Source of the DNA: an uncultured Planctomycetaceae bacterium
GTDB taxonomy: Bacteria; Planctomycetota; Planctomycetia; Pirellulales; PALSA-1355
NCBI GenBank assembly: GCA_963785305.1
Contig: CAWAUV010000007.1
Location: 480,001 to 544,000, forward strand
DNA: 64,000 nucleotides
Reading direction: 5' to 3'
Part shown: piece after piece, positions 1 to 10,456 of the stretch
How positions within the stretch are numbered: position 1 is the first letter of the stretch
How the letters are laid out: each line of letters opens with the position of its first letter
Position numbers and translations under genes: made by a program
The notes under the pieces: generated by a model
Told to the model about the DNA's origin: nothing
Databases searched by the model: none
Seen by the model: only the letters and a program-made list of their open reading frames with translations

Positions 1-1
1 C

Positions 2-508
2 GGGACGTGCACGGACGCCTTTGTCGATCGCATTGTCCAGAGTGCAACGACAGATGAGGACGAGTGCGTTTCTTCGCTCGCAAAATCCATTCGGAATCGG
101 CAAACTCCGAAGCTTATCAGTGAAGTCGTGGAACTCGGCGCCGAAGACACCAGCGGCCGGCTCTTAAAGAACGATTGCAAACATCAATTGCGCGCTTTGG
201 CGGACCGTCTTGGAATCCGTGTCGGTAGGTTCCTGTATGCGACGACGAAACCGCTATCCTTGGAAAAACGCGGGGCGACGCTTGACGCTACGGCCGCCCG
301 CGGCATCGAGCCCGAGGAGCGAGACGAACTTATGAAGGTATTCGAGGACGGCAATGCCGAGCCGACCTCCCTCGTTGACCTGCCGGAGACACTGTTGCAT
401 CGCCTCGGCGGCCAGCGTTGGTTCGCACATCGCTTGTATGTTGTCGATAACGGAGATTCCGCGCTCGTAGAAACCGCGAAAACGGCCGTCGCAGGTTGGG
501 GTCGGTAA
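2..508 (+). CDS. C-terminal part of a protein running in from the window edge; possibly an HD-superfamily phosphohydrolase
   Basis: Frame 2 is open from base 2 (GTCTDAFVDRIV...SLAKSIRNRQTPKL...) to the stop at 508. The 'TD..V...LA..I..R...K' pattern recalls HD-protein C-termini, but the catalytic part is not visible. Confidence 0.4.
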   Translation, partial: GTCTDAFVDRIVQSATTDEDECVSSLAKSIRNRQTPKLISEVVELGAEDTSGRLLKNDCKHQLRALADRLGIRVGRFLYATTKPLSLEKRGATLDATAARGIEPEERDELMKVFEDGNAEPTSLVDLPETLLHRLGGQRWFAHRLYVVDNGDSALVETAKTAVAGWGR

Positions 509-690
509 CTTCCGGAGTCGACTCGCCGCCCAAACAGCCGCCATCGCATGCATCACGATGGCCGCCATGGAAGAGGCCTCATGCCAAGTGGCGACGCATG
601 CGAAGCCGCTTCAACACGGATAATGGCGATTTTCCATTTCGGGCGGGATCGGTTGCCCCGAAATTGTTCGCCGATGCCGCGAGCTAGCCC

Positions 691-2229
691 TCACTCCGCT
701 CCGCGTTCCAACCGCAGTAGCGGGAACAAAATCACGTCGCGGATCGAGCGGGCGTTTGTCAGCAGCATTACTAGGCGGTCGATGCCGATGCCCAAGCCGC
801 CGGCGGGCGGCATTCCGTGCCTTAGGGCGCGGATGAAATCGTGGTCCATCTTGGCCATTGAATCTTCTTCGCGCTGGCCGGCAAGTTGAGCGCTGAAAAG
901 CTGCTCTTGCAGATCGGGATCGTTCAGCTCGGTATAGGCATTGGCCAATTCCATGCCATGCACGAACAGCTCGAACCGTTCGGCGATCTCGGGCCGAGTG
1001 GCGCTTCGCTTCGTCAGCGGGCAGATGCTTGCTGGGTAGTCGATCACGAAGATCGGACCCACGAGCGCGTCTTCGACCCGGGCCTCGAACACTTCGCTTT
1101 TGACCACGTCGGGATGCTTGCCCTCGGGTTCGAGGTCCAGCTTTTCGGCCAGGGCGACGATGGCGGCCGAATCCCGCGGATCGACTCCGGCATGCTCGGC
1201 GAAGAGGTCGTCGTAGGCGCGGCGGGCAAAGGGCGGGGTGAAGTCGATCGTTTTGTCGCCCCAGGGAATCGCGCCGCGCAAGCCGATCGCCGCCAGGGCG
1301 TCGACGACAATCGCCTCGCAAAGATCCATCATCGTGTGGTAGTCGCCGTAGGCCTGATAGGCTTCGAGCATCGTGAATTCGGGATTATGCCGCGGGCTCA
1401 CGCCCTCGTTGCGATACACGCGCCCCAGTTCATAGACCCGTTCCATGCCGCCGACCAGCAGCCGCTTGAGATGCAATTCGAGCGCGATCCGCATGAAGAG
1501 CGGCATATCGAGCGCGTTGTGATGGGTTTTGAACGGTCGGGCAGCCGCGCCGCCGGCGATGGCATGCAGCGTGGGCCCTTCGATTTCGAGAAAGCCGTGA
1601 CGGGCAAGCGTCGCGCGGATCGACTGCACGATCTTCGCCCGATGCACGAACCGATCGAGCGAACCTTCGGTGTACACAAGGTCCAAATAGCGCATCCGCT
1701 GGCGCATTTCCACATCGGTCAAGCCATGATGCTTTTCGGGCGGCGACTCGATACTTTTGGTGAGAAACGTGAGCCGCTCGGCGAAGATGGTGAGCTCGCC
1801 GGTCTTGGTTCGCTTCAGTTCGCCATCGATGCCCACGAGATCGCCCAGATCGAAGCATTCGGCCAGGGCCCAGTTGTCCTCGCCCACTTGCCCGCGGCCG
1901 ATAAAGACCTGGATTTGCCCGGTCCAATCGCGAATGTCGAGAAAGATCAGCTTGCCCTTTTTGCGCTGGAGCACCACCCGGCCAGCGGCCCGCACTCGGG
2001 GACCGTGTTGCTCGGGCTCGCGCGGTCGCGCGCCGGGCTCGGCCGAGTCGGCGGGCGGCGCGGGCTCGACCGTGATTTCGGATTCGCGGGCTCGAATCAT
2101 GGCGATCGCCGAGTGGTCATCGAAGCGCGAGCCCCAGGGATCGTGGCCCAGCTCTTGAATGCGCTTGAGTTTCACGCGCCGCGAAGCCTCGTGGACGCCA
2201 GCGTCGGAATGTTCGGAGGGTAGGGACAT
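691..2229 (-). CDS. lysS: Lysine--tRNA ligase (class II)
   Basis: OB-fold anticodon domain, YLDL, GGAAARPF, RIALELHLKRLLVGG, YRNEG, HNPEFTMLE, ELANAYTELNDP and GLGIGIDRLVM motifs. Confidence 0.97.
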   Translation of the reverse strand: MSLPSEHSDAGVHEASRRVKLKRIQELGHDPWGSRFDDHSAIAMIRARESEITVEPAPPADSAEPGARPREPEQHGPRVRAAGRVVLQRKKGKLIFLDIRDWTGQIQVFIGRGQVGEDNWALAECFDLGDLVGIDGELKRTKTGELTIFAERLTFLTKSIESPPEKHHGLTDVEMRQRMRYLDLVYTEGSLDRFVHRAKIVQSIRATLARHGFLEIEGPTLHAIAGGAAARPFKTHHNALDMPLFMRIALELHLKRLLVGGMERVYELGRVYRNEGVSPRHNPEFTMLEAYQAYGDYHTMMDLCEAIVVDALAAIGLRGAIPWGDKTIDFTPPFARRAYDDLFAEHAGVDPRDSAAIVALAEKLDLEPEGKHPDVVKSEVFEARVEDALVGPIFVIDYPASICPLTKRSATRPEIAERFELFVHGMELANAYTELNDPDLQEQLFSAQLAGQREEDSMAKMDHDFIRALRHGMPPAGGLGIGIDRLVMLLTNARSIRDVILFPLLRLERGAE

Positions 2230-2334
2230 GCCTCGAATCGCCAATTGAAAAAGGAAGCGCTGGTGGCGACAGCCATCGGCAGGCCGCCGGGGAATCGCGG
2301 ATTCTAACACTCGGGCGCCGGATTCGACAGGCTG

Positions 2335-4074
2335 CTAGGGAGCGGTCGGCGGCGCGGCTGGCATGGCGGGCGCGTCGGGCGTCGGCGGGGCGATCGACTC
2401 TGGCGCGGCGCCGCGGGGCGGCAGCGCGTCGAGCGAGGGCGCCGCATCGGGCAACGGCACGACCGCCGAGCTCATGGCCGGCAATGTGTCGCCACCCTCG
2501 ATCACCGGAAGATTAGCAACCTGGGGAATGCCCTGGCCGGCGAGGAAGCAATGCCAGCCGCCGCCGATGGCGCGATACACCTGAATCAGGTTCGCGTCGA
2601 TATTGCCCAGCGCCGTGGCGAGCGAGTCTTGCTGCGTGACCAGTTGCGATTGGGTCGTATACACACGATTGAAATCGGCCACGCCGCCCTGGAACTGGGC
2701 GATCACAAGCTCCACGGCCCGTTGCGATTCCACCACGCTCACGCGCAACTCGCGGGCCTGCTTCTGCGACTCGACATATGCCACGAGACCATTTTCCACT
2801 TCGCGGCCGGCGCTGAGCACCGCCTGTTGATACTGGAGCGCGGCGCCGGCCAAGCGGGCGTCTTGCAGGCGAATGTTGTTGACCAGTCGGCCGTAGTTGA
2901 GCACATTCCACTGAAAGTTGGGAACGATCGCGCCGACGAAGCTCTTGCTCGAAAACAGATCATTGAGATCATTGGCCGCATAGCCAATAAAGCCCAACAC
3001 CGCGAAGCGCGGGTAGAGAGTCGCCTCGGCCACGCCGATCTGCGCGCTCTGGGCCGCCACTTGTCGTTCGGCTCGGCGCACATCGGGCCGCCGCCGCACC
3101 AAGTCGGCCGGCATGCCCACGGCCACTTCCACCGGCGCCGTGGGAATCGGACCCGGCGGCAGTGTCGACACAAGGTCCGAGACCGGCATGCCCAGCAGCA
3201 CGCACAAGGCATTGCTCGCCTGACGCCGGCCGATTTCGAGCTGCGGAATCAGGGCCCGAGTCTGAGCCAAGCTGGCCCGCGCTTGGCGCACATCGAGTTC
3301 CGATGACACGCCATCGCGAAAGCGAAACTCGGCCAGCCGGGTCGAGCCTTCTTGAATCGTCACGTTGCTGCGGGCAAAGGCGAGCCGCTGTTCGAAGGTG
3401 CGAAGCTGCACATAGGTGTTGGCCACTTCGGCGAGCAGGATCACGAGCGTGTCGCCATAGTCTTCGTTCGCCGCGGCGAGACTATCGTTCGACGATTCGA
3501 TTTGACGGCGGAACCGGCCCCAGAAGTCGAGCTCCCACGAAGCGTTCGTGCCGGTGGTCCAAAAGCTCACGTTGGTGGGGAGCGGCAGTCCGGTGAGGCC
3601 CGGCAGTTGCAAATGCCCGTAGGCGCCGAGCGCGCCTTGTTGCTGGGGAAAGAGGTTTCCGACGGCGATATTTCGCTCGGCCCGCGCGGCGAGGATGCGC
3701 GTGCCCGCGGCGGCCAAGGTGAGATTTTGCCGATAGGCGGTTTCGATCAGGCTGGTGAGCGTGGGGTCGTTGAAGACACCCCACCAGGCGCAGTCTTGCG
3801 GCGGGTCGCGAAGCACTCCCGCGGTCTGCACCCAGTCGCAAGCCACCGGGGCCGGCGGGGCTTTGTAATTTGGCCCAAGTTTGAAGCCCTGGTGAATATA
3901 ATCTCGCAAGCTGGTTCGGCAGCCGGCCAGACCGAGGGCGACCAACAGCAGGCAAAGTTGGACGAATCGCCAACGCTTCCCGCACCGCCGCAAGCGTCCT
4001 AAGAGCGATGGTCGGCCGGGAGCGTTTTGATGGATGGCGGACCGGTTCGGGGCGTTTTGAATCGATCTTGGCAT
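2335..4074 (-). CDS. Efflux outer-membrane lipoprotein (TolC/NodT family)
   Basis: Lipobox LAGC, WELDFWGRFRR and PADLVRRRPDVRRAE motifs, YRAIGGGW near the C-terminus. Confidence 0.92.
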   Translation of the reverse strand: MPRSIQNAPNRSAIHQNAPGRPSLLGRLRRCGKRWRFVQLCLLLVALGLAGCRTSLRDYIHQGFKLGPNYKAPPAPVACDWVQTAGVLRDPPQDCAWWGVFNDPTLTSLIETAYRQNLTLAAAGTRILAARAERNIAVGNLFPQQQGALGAYGHLQLPGLTGLPLPTNVSFWTTGTNASWELDFWGRFRRQIESSNDSLAAANEDYGDTLVILLAEVANTYVQLRTFEQRLAFARSNVTIQEGSTRLAEFRFRDGVSSELDVRQARASLAQTRALIPQLEIGRRQASNALCVLLGMPVSDLVSTLPPGPIPTAPVEVAVGMPADLVRRRPDVRRAERQVAAQSAQIGVAEATLYPRFAVLGFIGYAANDLNDLFSSKSFVGAIVPNFQWNVLNYGRLVNNIRLQDARLAGAALQYQQAVLSAGREVENGLVAYVESQKQARELRVSVVESQRAVELVIAQFQGGVADFNRVYTTQSQLVTQQDSLATALGNIDANLIQVYRAIGGGWHCFLAGQGIPQVANLPVIEGGDTLPAMSSAVVPLPDAAPSLDALPPRGAAPESIAPPTPDAPAMPAAPPTAP

Positions 4075-4437
4075 GGTGGAATCGGCGAGGGATAGGCGCC
4101 GACGACAAAAACGTTAGCACCGGTGCGCGAGGGATGCCCTGTATTACTCGGCCAATCGTTTGATTCCGAATGAACCGATCCCCCCGGCGGCGGACCGTTG
4201 TTCGGGCATTTTTCGCGCGGCTCGCCCCGATTGTGCGGCTCGCGGGAAATGCGGCGACTTTGCGGGGCCAAAGCGGGGTCGGGTCAAGAAAAATCGTCGC
4301 GCGGCGCGGCATCGTGATTTGCCACTATTCAGCGCCTCGAAAGCGCGTCATTATCTTAGGGCGCGAAGCGATCGCGAATTCCGCGCCGCGTGCCGATGTC
4401 ATCGAATCACCGCGAGCCTTTTTGAATGGGTTCGACC

Positions 4438-5898
4438 ATGTCCGAGACTGCTTCCGCGCCGACCATGACTGACCCGACGCCGATTTCTCCGTCAGCGCCG
4501 CCGCCGCCGCAACACACCGGGCTCCGACGGCTGCTTTGGATCGTCGGCGCCGCTGTTGCGGCGATTGCCTTCGTCCTGGTGCTCGTGCCTTGGCTCCATC
4601 GGGCCTGGACCACGGAATCGACCGACGACGCCTACGTTGCGGGCCACTCGACGGTCGTCGCCGCGCGCGTCGCGGGGCAGGTGACGCGAGTGCTTGTGGA
4701 CGATAACAACCGCGTGTCTCGCGGCACGCTGCTGGTGGAGCTCGATAAGGAGCCTTTCGAGATCGCCGTGCGCTTGCAACAAGCGATGGTCGATAGCGCG
4801 ACCAGCGATCTGTCGGTTGTTCACGATCAGCTCCGCGGCAATGTGGCCCAGGCGCGAGCCAATCGCTTTCAGCTCGAGCGGGCGATGGAAGATGTGCGCA
4901 ACCAACTCGCGCTGCTCCGCTCGCGCGTGGCGGAGATCAAGGTCGCCCAAGCGAACCAGGTGCTCGCCAAAGCCGACTTCGCGCGAGGCGAGGCGCTGAT
5001 CAAGACCGCGGCCATCAGCGCGCAGCAGTTCGATCAGTTTCGCGCGGCGCTGGATGTGGCCAAGAATAAGGTCGTGGCGGCCGAGAGCGCCGTGCAACAA
5101 ACCCGCGCCAGTCTCGGATTGCCGGTCGATATCGAGGATCCGCTCGATGTGCCGGCGAATCTCGACCAGAACTTTTCCGCCGTGCGGCAAGCGCTGGCGA
5201 CGATGATTGCGAGCATTGCCCCGCTCGGCGTGTTTCCGGAGCACTACAACGTGACGCCCAAGGAGATCATCGCCGAATTCTACCGCCGCGATCCCGAGGG
5301 GAACCTCGACCGAATTTACGAAAAACTGGTGCGCGAGGCGCCCGCCATCAAACAGGCGCGGGCCAAGCTCGACCAAGCCAAGGCCGATTTGGACCAGGCC
5401 AAATTGAACCTGAGCTGGTGCGTGGTGAAGGCCGAAATCGATGGAGTGGTCACGCGGCGCAATGTGAACCCGGGCGACAATGTGCAAGCCGGCCAGGGCC
5501 TCATGGCGGTGCGCTCGCTCACCGACATTTGGATCGACGCGAATTTCAAGGAAACGCAATTGTCGCAAATTCGCATCGGTCAGCGCGCCGAAATCAATGT
5601 CGACCTCTATGGAAGAAAGGAAGTATTCAAGGGACGCGTGACCGGCTTCGCCATGGGCACCGGCTCGACGCTGTCGCTGTTGCCCGCGCAAAACGCGACC
5701 GGGAACTTCGTGAAAGTCGTGCAGCGGCTACCGGTGCGCATCGAACTGACGGACTATGATCCGGAGCGCGCGCCGCTGTTTGTCGGCCTCTCGGTCGAGC
5801 CGTATGTGTTTATCAAGGAAGCGCCCACCGGCCCCGATGCCGGCAAAATGCTCCAGCCGCCGATGGCCGTGCCGGCCATTCCAGCCCGCGCCGATTGA
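4438..5898 (+). CDS. HlyD/EmrA-family membrane fusion protein
   Basis: N-terminal TM helix, STDDAYV, ANFKETQL and LLPAQNATGNFVKVVQRLPVRI motifs. Confidence 0.93.
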   Translation: MSETASAPTMTDPTPISPSAPPPPQHTGLRRLLWIVGAAVAAIAFVLVLVPWLHRAWTTESTDDAYVAGHSTVVAARVAGQVTRVLVDDNNRVSRGTLLVELDKEPFEIAVRLQQAMVDSATSDLSVVHDQLRGNVAQARANRFQLERAMEDVRNQLALLRSRVAEIKVAQANQVLAKADFARGEALIKTAAISAQQFDQFRAALDVAKNKVVAAESAVQQTRASLGLPVDIEDPLDVPANLDQNFSAVRQALATMIASIAPLGVFPEHYNVTPKEIIAEFYRRDPEGNLDRIYEKLVREAPAIKQARAKLDQAKADLDQAKLNLSWCVVKAEIDGVVTRRNVNPGDNVQAGQGLMAVRSLTDIWIDANFKETQLSQIRIGQRAEINVDLYGRKEVFKGRVTGFAMGTGSTLSLLPAQNATGNFVKVVQRLPVRIELTDYDPERAPLFVGLSVEPYVFIKEAPTGPDAGKMLQPPMAVPAIPARAD

Positions 5899-7283
5899 TG
5901 CCGAGCACTTCCGAAGAACCCGATCCGCTCGAACCGGCGGCGATCGCCGGCGAAGCGCCCGCGGCGCACGATCCCTATGCGCCGCTCCGCGACGCGAATC
6001 TGCGAAACTATCTGGCGATCAATCTGCTCTCGGTCGTCGGCATGCAGATGCAGATGATGGCGCTGCGCTACGAGGTGTATCAGACCACGCGCGATCCGCA
6101 ACTCTTGGGACTCACCGGGCTCGCGCAAGTCGTGCCGGTGCTCGCGCTGATGCTCGTGACCGGCCATGTGGTCGATCGCTTCAATCGCAAAAACGTGATG
6201 CTCGTCTCGCTCACGACCAGCGGCCTCGCGGCGGCGGCCCTGGCCGCGGTGTCGCATTGGCACGGCCCGCTGATCGCGGTCTACGCGTGCCTCGTGACCC
6301 ACGGCACGGCGCGGGCTTTTTTGCAGCCGGCCAAGCAATCGTTTTTGCCTCGGTTGACCTCGCCTTCCCAGTTTTCGGCCGCGGTGACTTGGGCCAGCGG
6401 GGTGTTTCATTTGGGATCGGTCCTGGGGCCCGCGCTGGGAGGCTGGCTGCTGGCGGCGACGAATAACTGCGGGCTGATCTATGCGATCAATGCGATCGCG
6501 ATCGGCGCCTGCGTGTTGCTGCTGGCCACGATCCAACCGCGGCCGCCGGCGCCGAGCGAACGGCGCGAGCCGGCGGGGCAATCGCTTCTGGCCGGCGTTC
6601 GGTTCGTGTGGCGAAATCCGCTCGTGCTGGGCGCCATGGCGCTTGATATGTTCGCGGTGCTGCTCGGAGGCGCCGTGGCGCTGTTGCCGGTATTTGCCAC
6701 CGATGTTCTCCACGTGGGACCCACGGGACTCGGCTGGATGGAAACGGCGCCGGCCCTGGGTTCGGTGCTCATGAGTTTGTTGCTGGCCCATCGGCCGCCG
6801 CTCCAAAAGGCGGGCCACTATTTGCTCTGGTCCGTGGCCGGCTTCGGAGCGTGCATGATCGTGTTTGGCCTTTCGCGCTCCTTCGCGCTATCATTACTCG
6901 CGTTGCTAATCTCGGGCGTGCTCGACACGGTGAGCGTCGTCGTGCGGCAAACTCTGGTGCAGTTGCAAACACCCGACGCGATGCGTGGCCGGGTATCGGC
7001 AATTAACAGCGTGTTTATCAGTTTGTCCAACGAGCTGGGCGCGTTTGAATCAGGCGAAGCGGCCGCGGGGTTTGCCCTTGCCTACCCGCCGGTCACGCAC
7101 GACGCCGATCCCGATCGGGCGCGAATCTTCGGCGTGATCGCGTCGGTCGTCGCGGGCGGAATCGGGACGTTGTTGGTCGTATTGTTCACGGCTTGGAAGT
7201 GGCCGATGCTGCGGCGCTACGATCGGCTCGACGCGGCGAACGAGTGCCCCGCCGAAAATCGTCCCGGAAGCCCGTCGCCATGA
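5895..7283 (+). CDS. MFS transporter
   Basis: About 12 hydrophobic helices, GHVVDRFNRK motif A and TPDAMRGRV; overlaps the upstream stop. Confidence 0.9.
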   Translation: MMPSTSEEPDPLEPAAIAGEAPAAHDPYAPLRDANLRNYLAINLLSVVGMQMQMMALRYEVYQTTRDPQLLGLTGLAQVVPVLALMLVTGHVVDRFNRKNVMLVSLTTSGLAAAALAAVSHWHGPLIAVYACLVTHGTARAFLQPAKQSFLPRLTSPSQFSAAVTWASGVFHLGSVLGPALGGWLLAATNNCGLIYAINAIAIGACVLLLATIQPRPPAPSERREPAGQSLLAGVRFVWRNPLVLGAMALDMFAVLLGGAVALLPVFATDVLHVGPTGLGWMETAPALGSVLMSLLLAHRPPLQKAGHYLLWSVAGFGACMIVFGLSRSFALSLLALLISGVLDTVSVVVRQTLVQLQTPDAMRGRVSAINSVFISLSNELGAFESGEAAAGFALAYPPVTHDADPDRARIFGVIASVVAGGIGTLLVVLFTAWKWPMLRRYDRLDAANECPAENRPGSPSP

Positions 7284-8383
7284 TTGATCGCAAAACATCC
7301 CATGCAATGTCCGCTGCCAGCGAGTCGCGCGGCGCTTCGGCTGCCGGCGAGTCGCGCGGCGCTTCGGCTGCCGGCGAGGTCGCATACGCGCGCGTCGGGC
7401 CGAGCGAGCGGCCGCCGTTTCGTCCGCATCCTTGGATTCGGGGTGGTCATGCGCAGACGTTGGCCGGAGTGTATTTGCGCTGGGCGCCGCATGTCGAGCG
7501 GGCACGGCGCCATGTCATCGCCCTGCCCGATGGCGACCGGGTCGTGGTGCATGACGACAACCCACCCGACTGGAACCCCGGCCAACGAGCGGTGCTGCTA
7601 CTGCATGGACTTTCGGGATCGCATGCCAGCGGCTATATGCGGCGGGCGTCGGTGAAATTCGCGGCTCGCGGAGTGCGATCCTTTCGGCTCGACCTGCGCG
7701 GCTGCGGCGCGGGGGCCGGGCTCGCGATCTTGCCATATCACAGCGGAAGGTCGGAGGACGCCGCCCGAGTGCTCGAGTGGATCGCCGCGGAATGTCCCGG
7801 CTCGCCGGTCACGCTTATCGGCTATTCGCTCGGCGGCAATATCACGCTCAAGCTGCTCGGTGAGTTGGGCGATGCGACCTGCTTTGGACTCGATAGCGCG
7901 GTGGCGGTCTGCCCGCCGATCGACTTGGAAATCTGTTCCCGAAACATCGGGCAAGGGTCGAATCGGATGTACGACCGCCATTTCGTGCGGAGTCTCTCGC
8001 GGGGCTTGGCGTGGCTCAAGCAGCGCCGGCCCGAGGCGCCAGGCATTCCGCTCGCCCGGCGTGCGCGAACGCTCCATGAGTTCGACGATCTTTACACCGC
8101 GCCGGTGAGCGGCTTCGGCAGCGCGGCGAATTATTATCGGCTGGCCAGTTCCAAGCCGCTTTTGGGAGCAATTCGCAAACCAACGCTCCTGATTGCGGCC
8201 GACGACGATCCGCTGATCCCCCGCGATATCTTCAACGACCTGCCGCCGCGCGATTTTCTCGAGCTGCTGATCGCTCCGGGCGGCGGCCACCTGGGATTCA
8301 TCGGCCGCGCGGGCAGCGATGGCGACCGACGCTGGCTCGACTGGCGAATCGTCGACTGGGTGCTGGGCTTGTCCGGTCCTTGA
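7280..8383 (+). CDS. YheT-like alpha/beta hydrolase
   Basis: GGHAQTL, LLHGLSGS, GYSLGG nucleophile elbow, DDPLI and GGHLGF motifs. Confidence 0.9.
   Translation: MIDRKTSHAMSAASESRGASAAGESRGASAAGEVAYARVGPSERPPFRPHPWIRGGHAQTLAGVYLRWAPHVERARRHVIALPDGDRVVVHDDNPPDWNPGQRAVLLLHGLSGSHASGYMRRASVKFAARGVRSFRLDLRGCGAGAGLAILPYHSGRSEDAARVLEWIAAECPGSPVTLIGYSLGGNITLKLLGELGDATCFGLDSAVAVCPPIDLEICSRNIGQGSNRMYDRHFVRSLSRGLAWLKQRRPEAPGIPLARRARTLHEFDDLYTAPVSGFGSAANYYRLASSKPLLGAIRKPTLLIAADDDPLIPRDIFNDLPPRDFLELLIAPGGGHLGFIGRAGSDGDRRWLDWRIVDWVLGLSGP
7320..7373 (+). repeat. 27-bp tandem duplication in the hydrolase N-terminus
   Basis: gcgagtcgcgcggcgcttcggctgccg occurs twice, encoding ESRGASAAG twice. Confidence 0.85.
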
Positions 8384-8612
8384 ATCGTTGGCCAGCCGCC
8401 GGGGCCGAGTCGTCCGAAGAAAAACGCCGCTTTTCCCAGGGGCGCGGCTTCGTTATACTCAAGTCGTGCAATGCCTTATCGCACGACGCGACGATCCCCG
8501 GCGCCCACGTTTCGAGTATTGATGCTCGATCCGTCGCAAGCCCCCCGGCGGTCGCTCGAGATTGCTTGCGGCTCGAATCGCCGATTTCTGTCCGGCTTGA
8601 AGTTACCCGCCT

Positions 8613-9433
8613 ATGCCGAAATATGTCGTCCGGACCGGTGTGATGCGCACGCTGGGCGTTTACTCGGCGGGGCGCGACGATTTGTTTGCCCGGGCGCTCG
8701 GGTCATTGTGCGCACCGACCGCGGTGTCGAAAGTGGCGTGGTGCTGTGTGACGCCACCCCGGCGACGACCGAAAGCCTGAGCCTCGGTCCGCAGGGCCAG
8801 GTGTCGCGCGTGATGACGACCGACGATCTCCGCGAGCAAGAGCGCCTCGCCGAACGAGAAATCCGCGAATTCGAGATTTGCGAGCGGTGTATCGCCGAGG
8901 AAGAGTTGCCGATGAAGCTCGTTGATGTCGAGCATATCTTTGGCGGAGAACGGATCGTCGTTTATTATCTTTCGGAAGCCCGGGTCGACTTTCGCGAACT
9001 GGTTCGCAAGCTGGCCGGAGAATTTCAGACCCGGGTCGAGATGCGGCAGATCGGAGTGCGCGACGAAGCCAAGCTGCTGGCCGACTATGGAGACTGTGGC
9101 AAGCCGGTCTGCTGCAACACGCATCTCTCGGAGATGCCGCCGGTGTCGATGAAAATGGCCAAGATCCAAAAGGCCACGCTCGACCCGACCAAGATTTCCG
9201 GACGCTGCGGCCGGCTGAAGTGCTGTTTGCGATATGAATACGACACCTACGAAGCATTGCAGAAAGAATTGCCGCCGATCGGTTCCGACGTGGTGACCAG
9301 CCGCGGCCGCGGCCGGGTGCTCGCGCAAGAGATTTTGGCCGGCCAGGTGCTGATGGAAATGGAAGATCATCGCCGGGTGTTGGTCGAGGCGGGCGAAGTG
9401 CTCACGGTGCTCCGCCGGGGCAATTCGCGGTAA
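8613..9433 (+). CDS. PSP1-domain / RicT(YaaT)-like protein (frameshift near 8692)
   Basis: MPKYVVRTG... joins VIVRTDRGVE; also RVDFRELV, EMRQIGVRDEAK, CGKPVCC and KISGRCGRLKCCLRYE motifs. Confidence 0.88.
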
Positions 9434-9467
9434 ATTTTATCAAGCGTTCTCGGTGAAAGTCCGCGCC

Positions 9468-9902
9468 ATGCTCGAATCAACCCATCCTGTCGCCAAGCTC
9501 GTCAAGGAAGACCGTCGCTATAAAATCGACGCCTATGCCTTCGTGTTCGATGCCCTCAAGTTTGCCCACGAAACACTCGGCATGGGCGCCGAACATCCGG
9601 CGGAAGCCGAAGACGAGGGCGACGAACCCGAGTCCCGCGAGACCGAGCGGCATCTCTCGGGCCAGCAGCTTTGCGAGGCGATTCGCCTCTATGCGCTCGA
9701 GCAATACGGCTACATGGCCCAATGCGTGCTGAACAGTTGGGGAGTGCGATCCACGAGCGACTTTGGCGAGATCGTGTTCAATCTGATTCGCATAGGTCAT
9801 ATGCGCAAGACCGCCGACGACTCGCGCGAGGACTTCAATGATGTCTTCGATTTCGAGACCGGCCTGCGAGATAGTTTCAAAATCACGCGTCCCGAGGCAT
9901 AA
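9468..9902 (+). CDS. Minf_1886-like Verrucomicrobia/Planctomycetes conserved protein
   Basis: DRRYKIDAYAFV, HLSGQQLCE, WGVRSTSDFGEIVFNLI and DSREDF motifs. Confidence 0.8.
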   Translation: MLESTHPVAKLVKEDRRYKIDAYAFVFDALKFAHETLGMGAEHPAEAEDEGDEPESRETERHLSGQQLCEAIRLYALEQYGYMAQCVLNSWGVRSTSDFGEIVFNLIRIGHMRKTADDSREDFNDVFDFETGLRDSFKITRPEA

Positions 9903-9910
9903 GCGAAGCC

Positions 9911-10183
9911 GTGGCGACCATGGGTTTTCTCAGCACGCGATTCGCGGCCGGGCAAAGGGCGCCGACCATCAAGCGTTCGGGCGCCTTGGCTCGCGCGGGC
10001 GACGACCGCTCGCGGTCGAGTTCGGCCAGCGGCGAAAGCGTCGGCAAATCGCGGCCCGAGGCGCCGTCGTCCGGATGGACCCGACTGCCTCCGCCCAAGA
10101 AAAATCGCGTTTTGCTCGCGTTTGCAACCCTGCTTTTGGTGGGGTGGCTCGTGGCGCTCGCCATTTTGGCGCTGGCGACTTGA
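9911..10183 (+). CDS. Small hypothetical membrane protein
   Basis: C-terminal PPKKNR followed by a hydrophobic helix; operonic position. Confidence 0.5.
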   Translation: MATMGFLSTRFAAGQRAPTIKRSGALARAGDDRSRSSSASGESVGKSRPEAPSSGWTRLPPPKKNRVLLAFATLLLVGWLVALAILALAT

Positions 10184-10456
10184 CCGGCGGGCGATAATTG
10201 TCGGAGTGGCGGGCGGCGCGAAGTTTGCAATCAGCGCCGTCGCCAGGGACAATTTCATGGCCGCTCGAAAAACATTTCGCTGGGCGGTGGATTCAAGGTT
10301 TTGGGCGAAGCGGGGCATTTTGGCGCCGCCTTCGCACGAGAAACTTTGCTCGCTCGCCGACGTTCGATGCGATCTGGTTTTAACAATGCCCTTTTCGGCG
10401 GCTTTAGCGCTCCGGCCGGAGCCGTTCCGCTACCCACTTCTTGGAGGATTCTTGCG

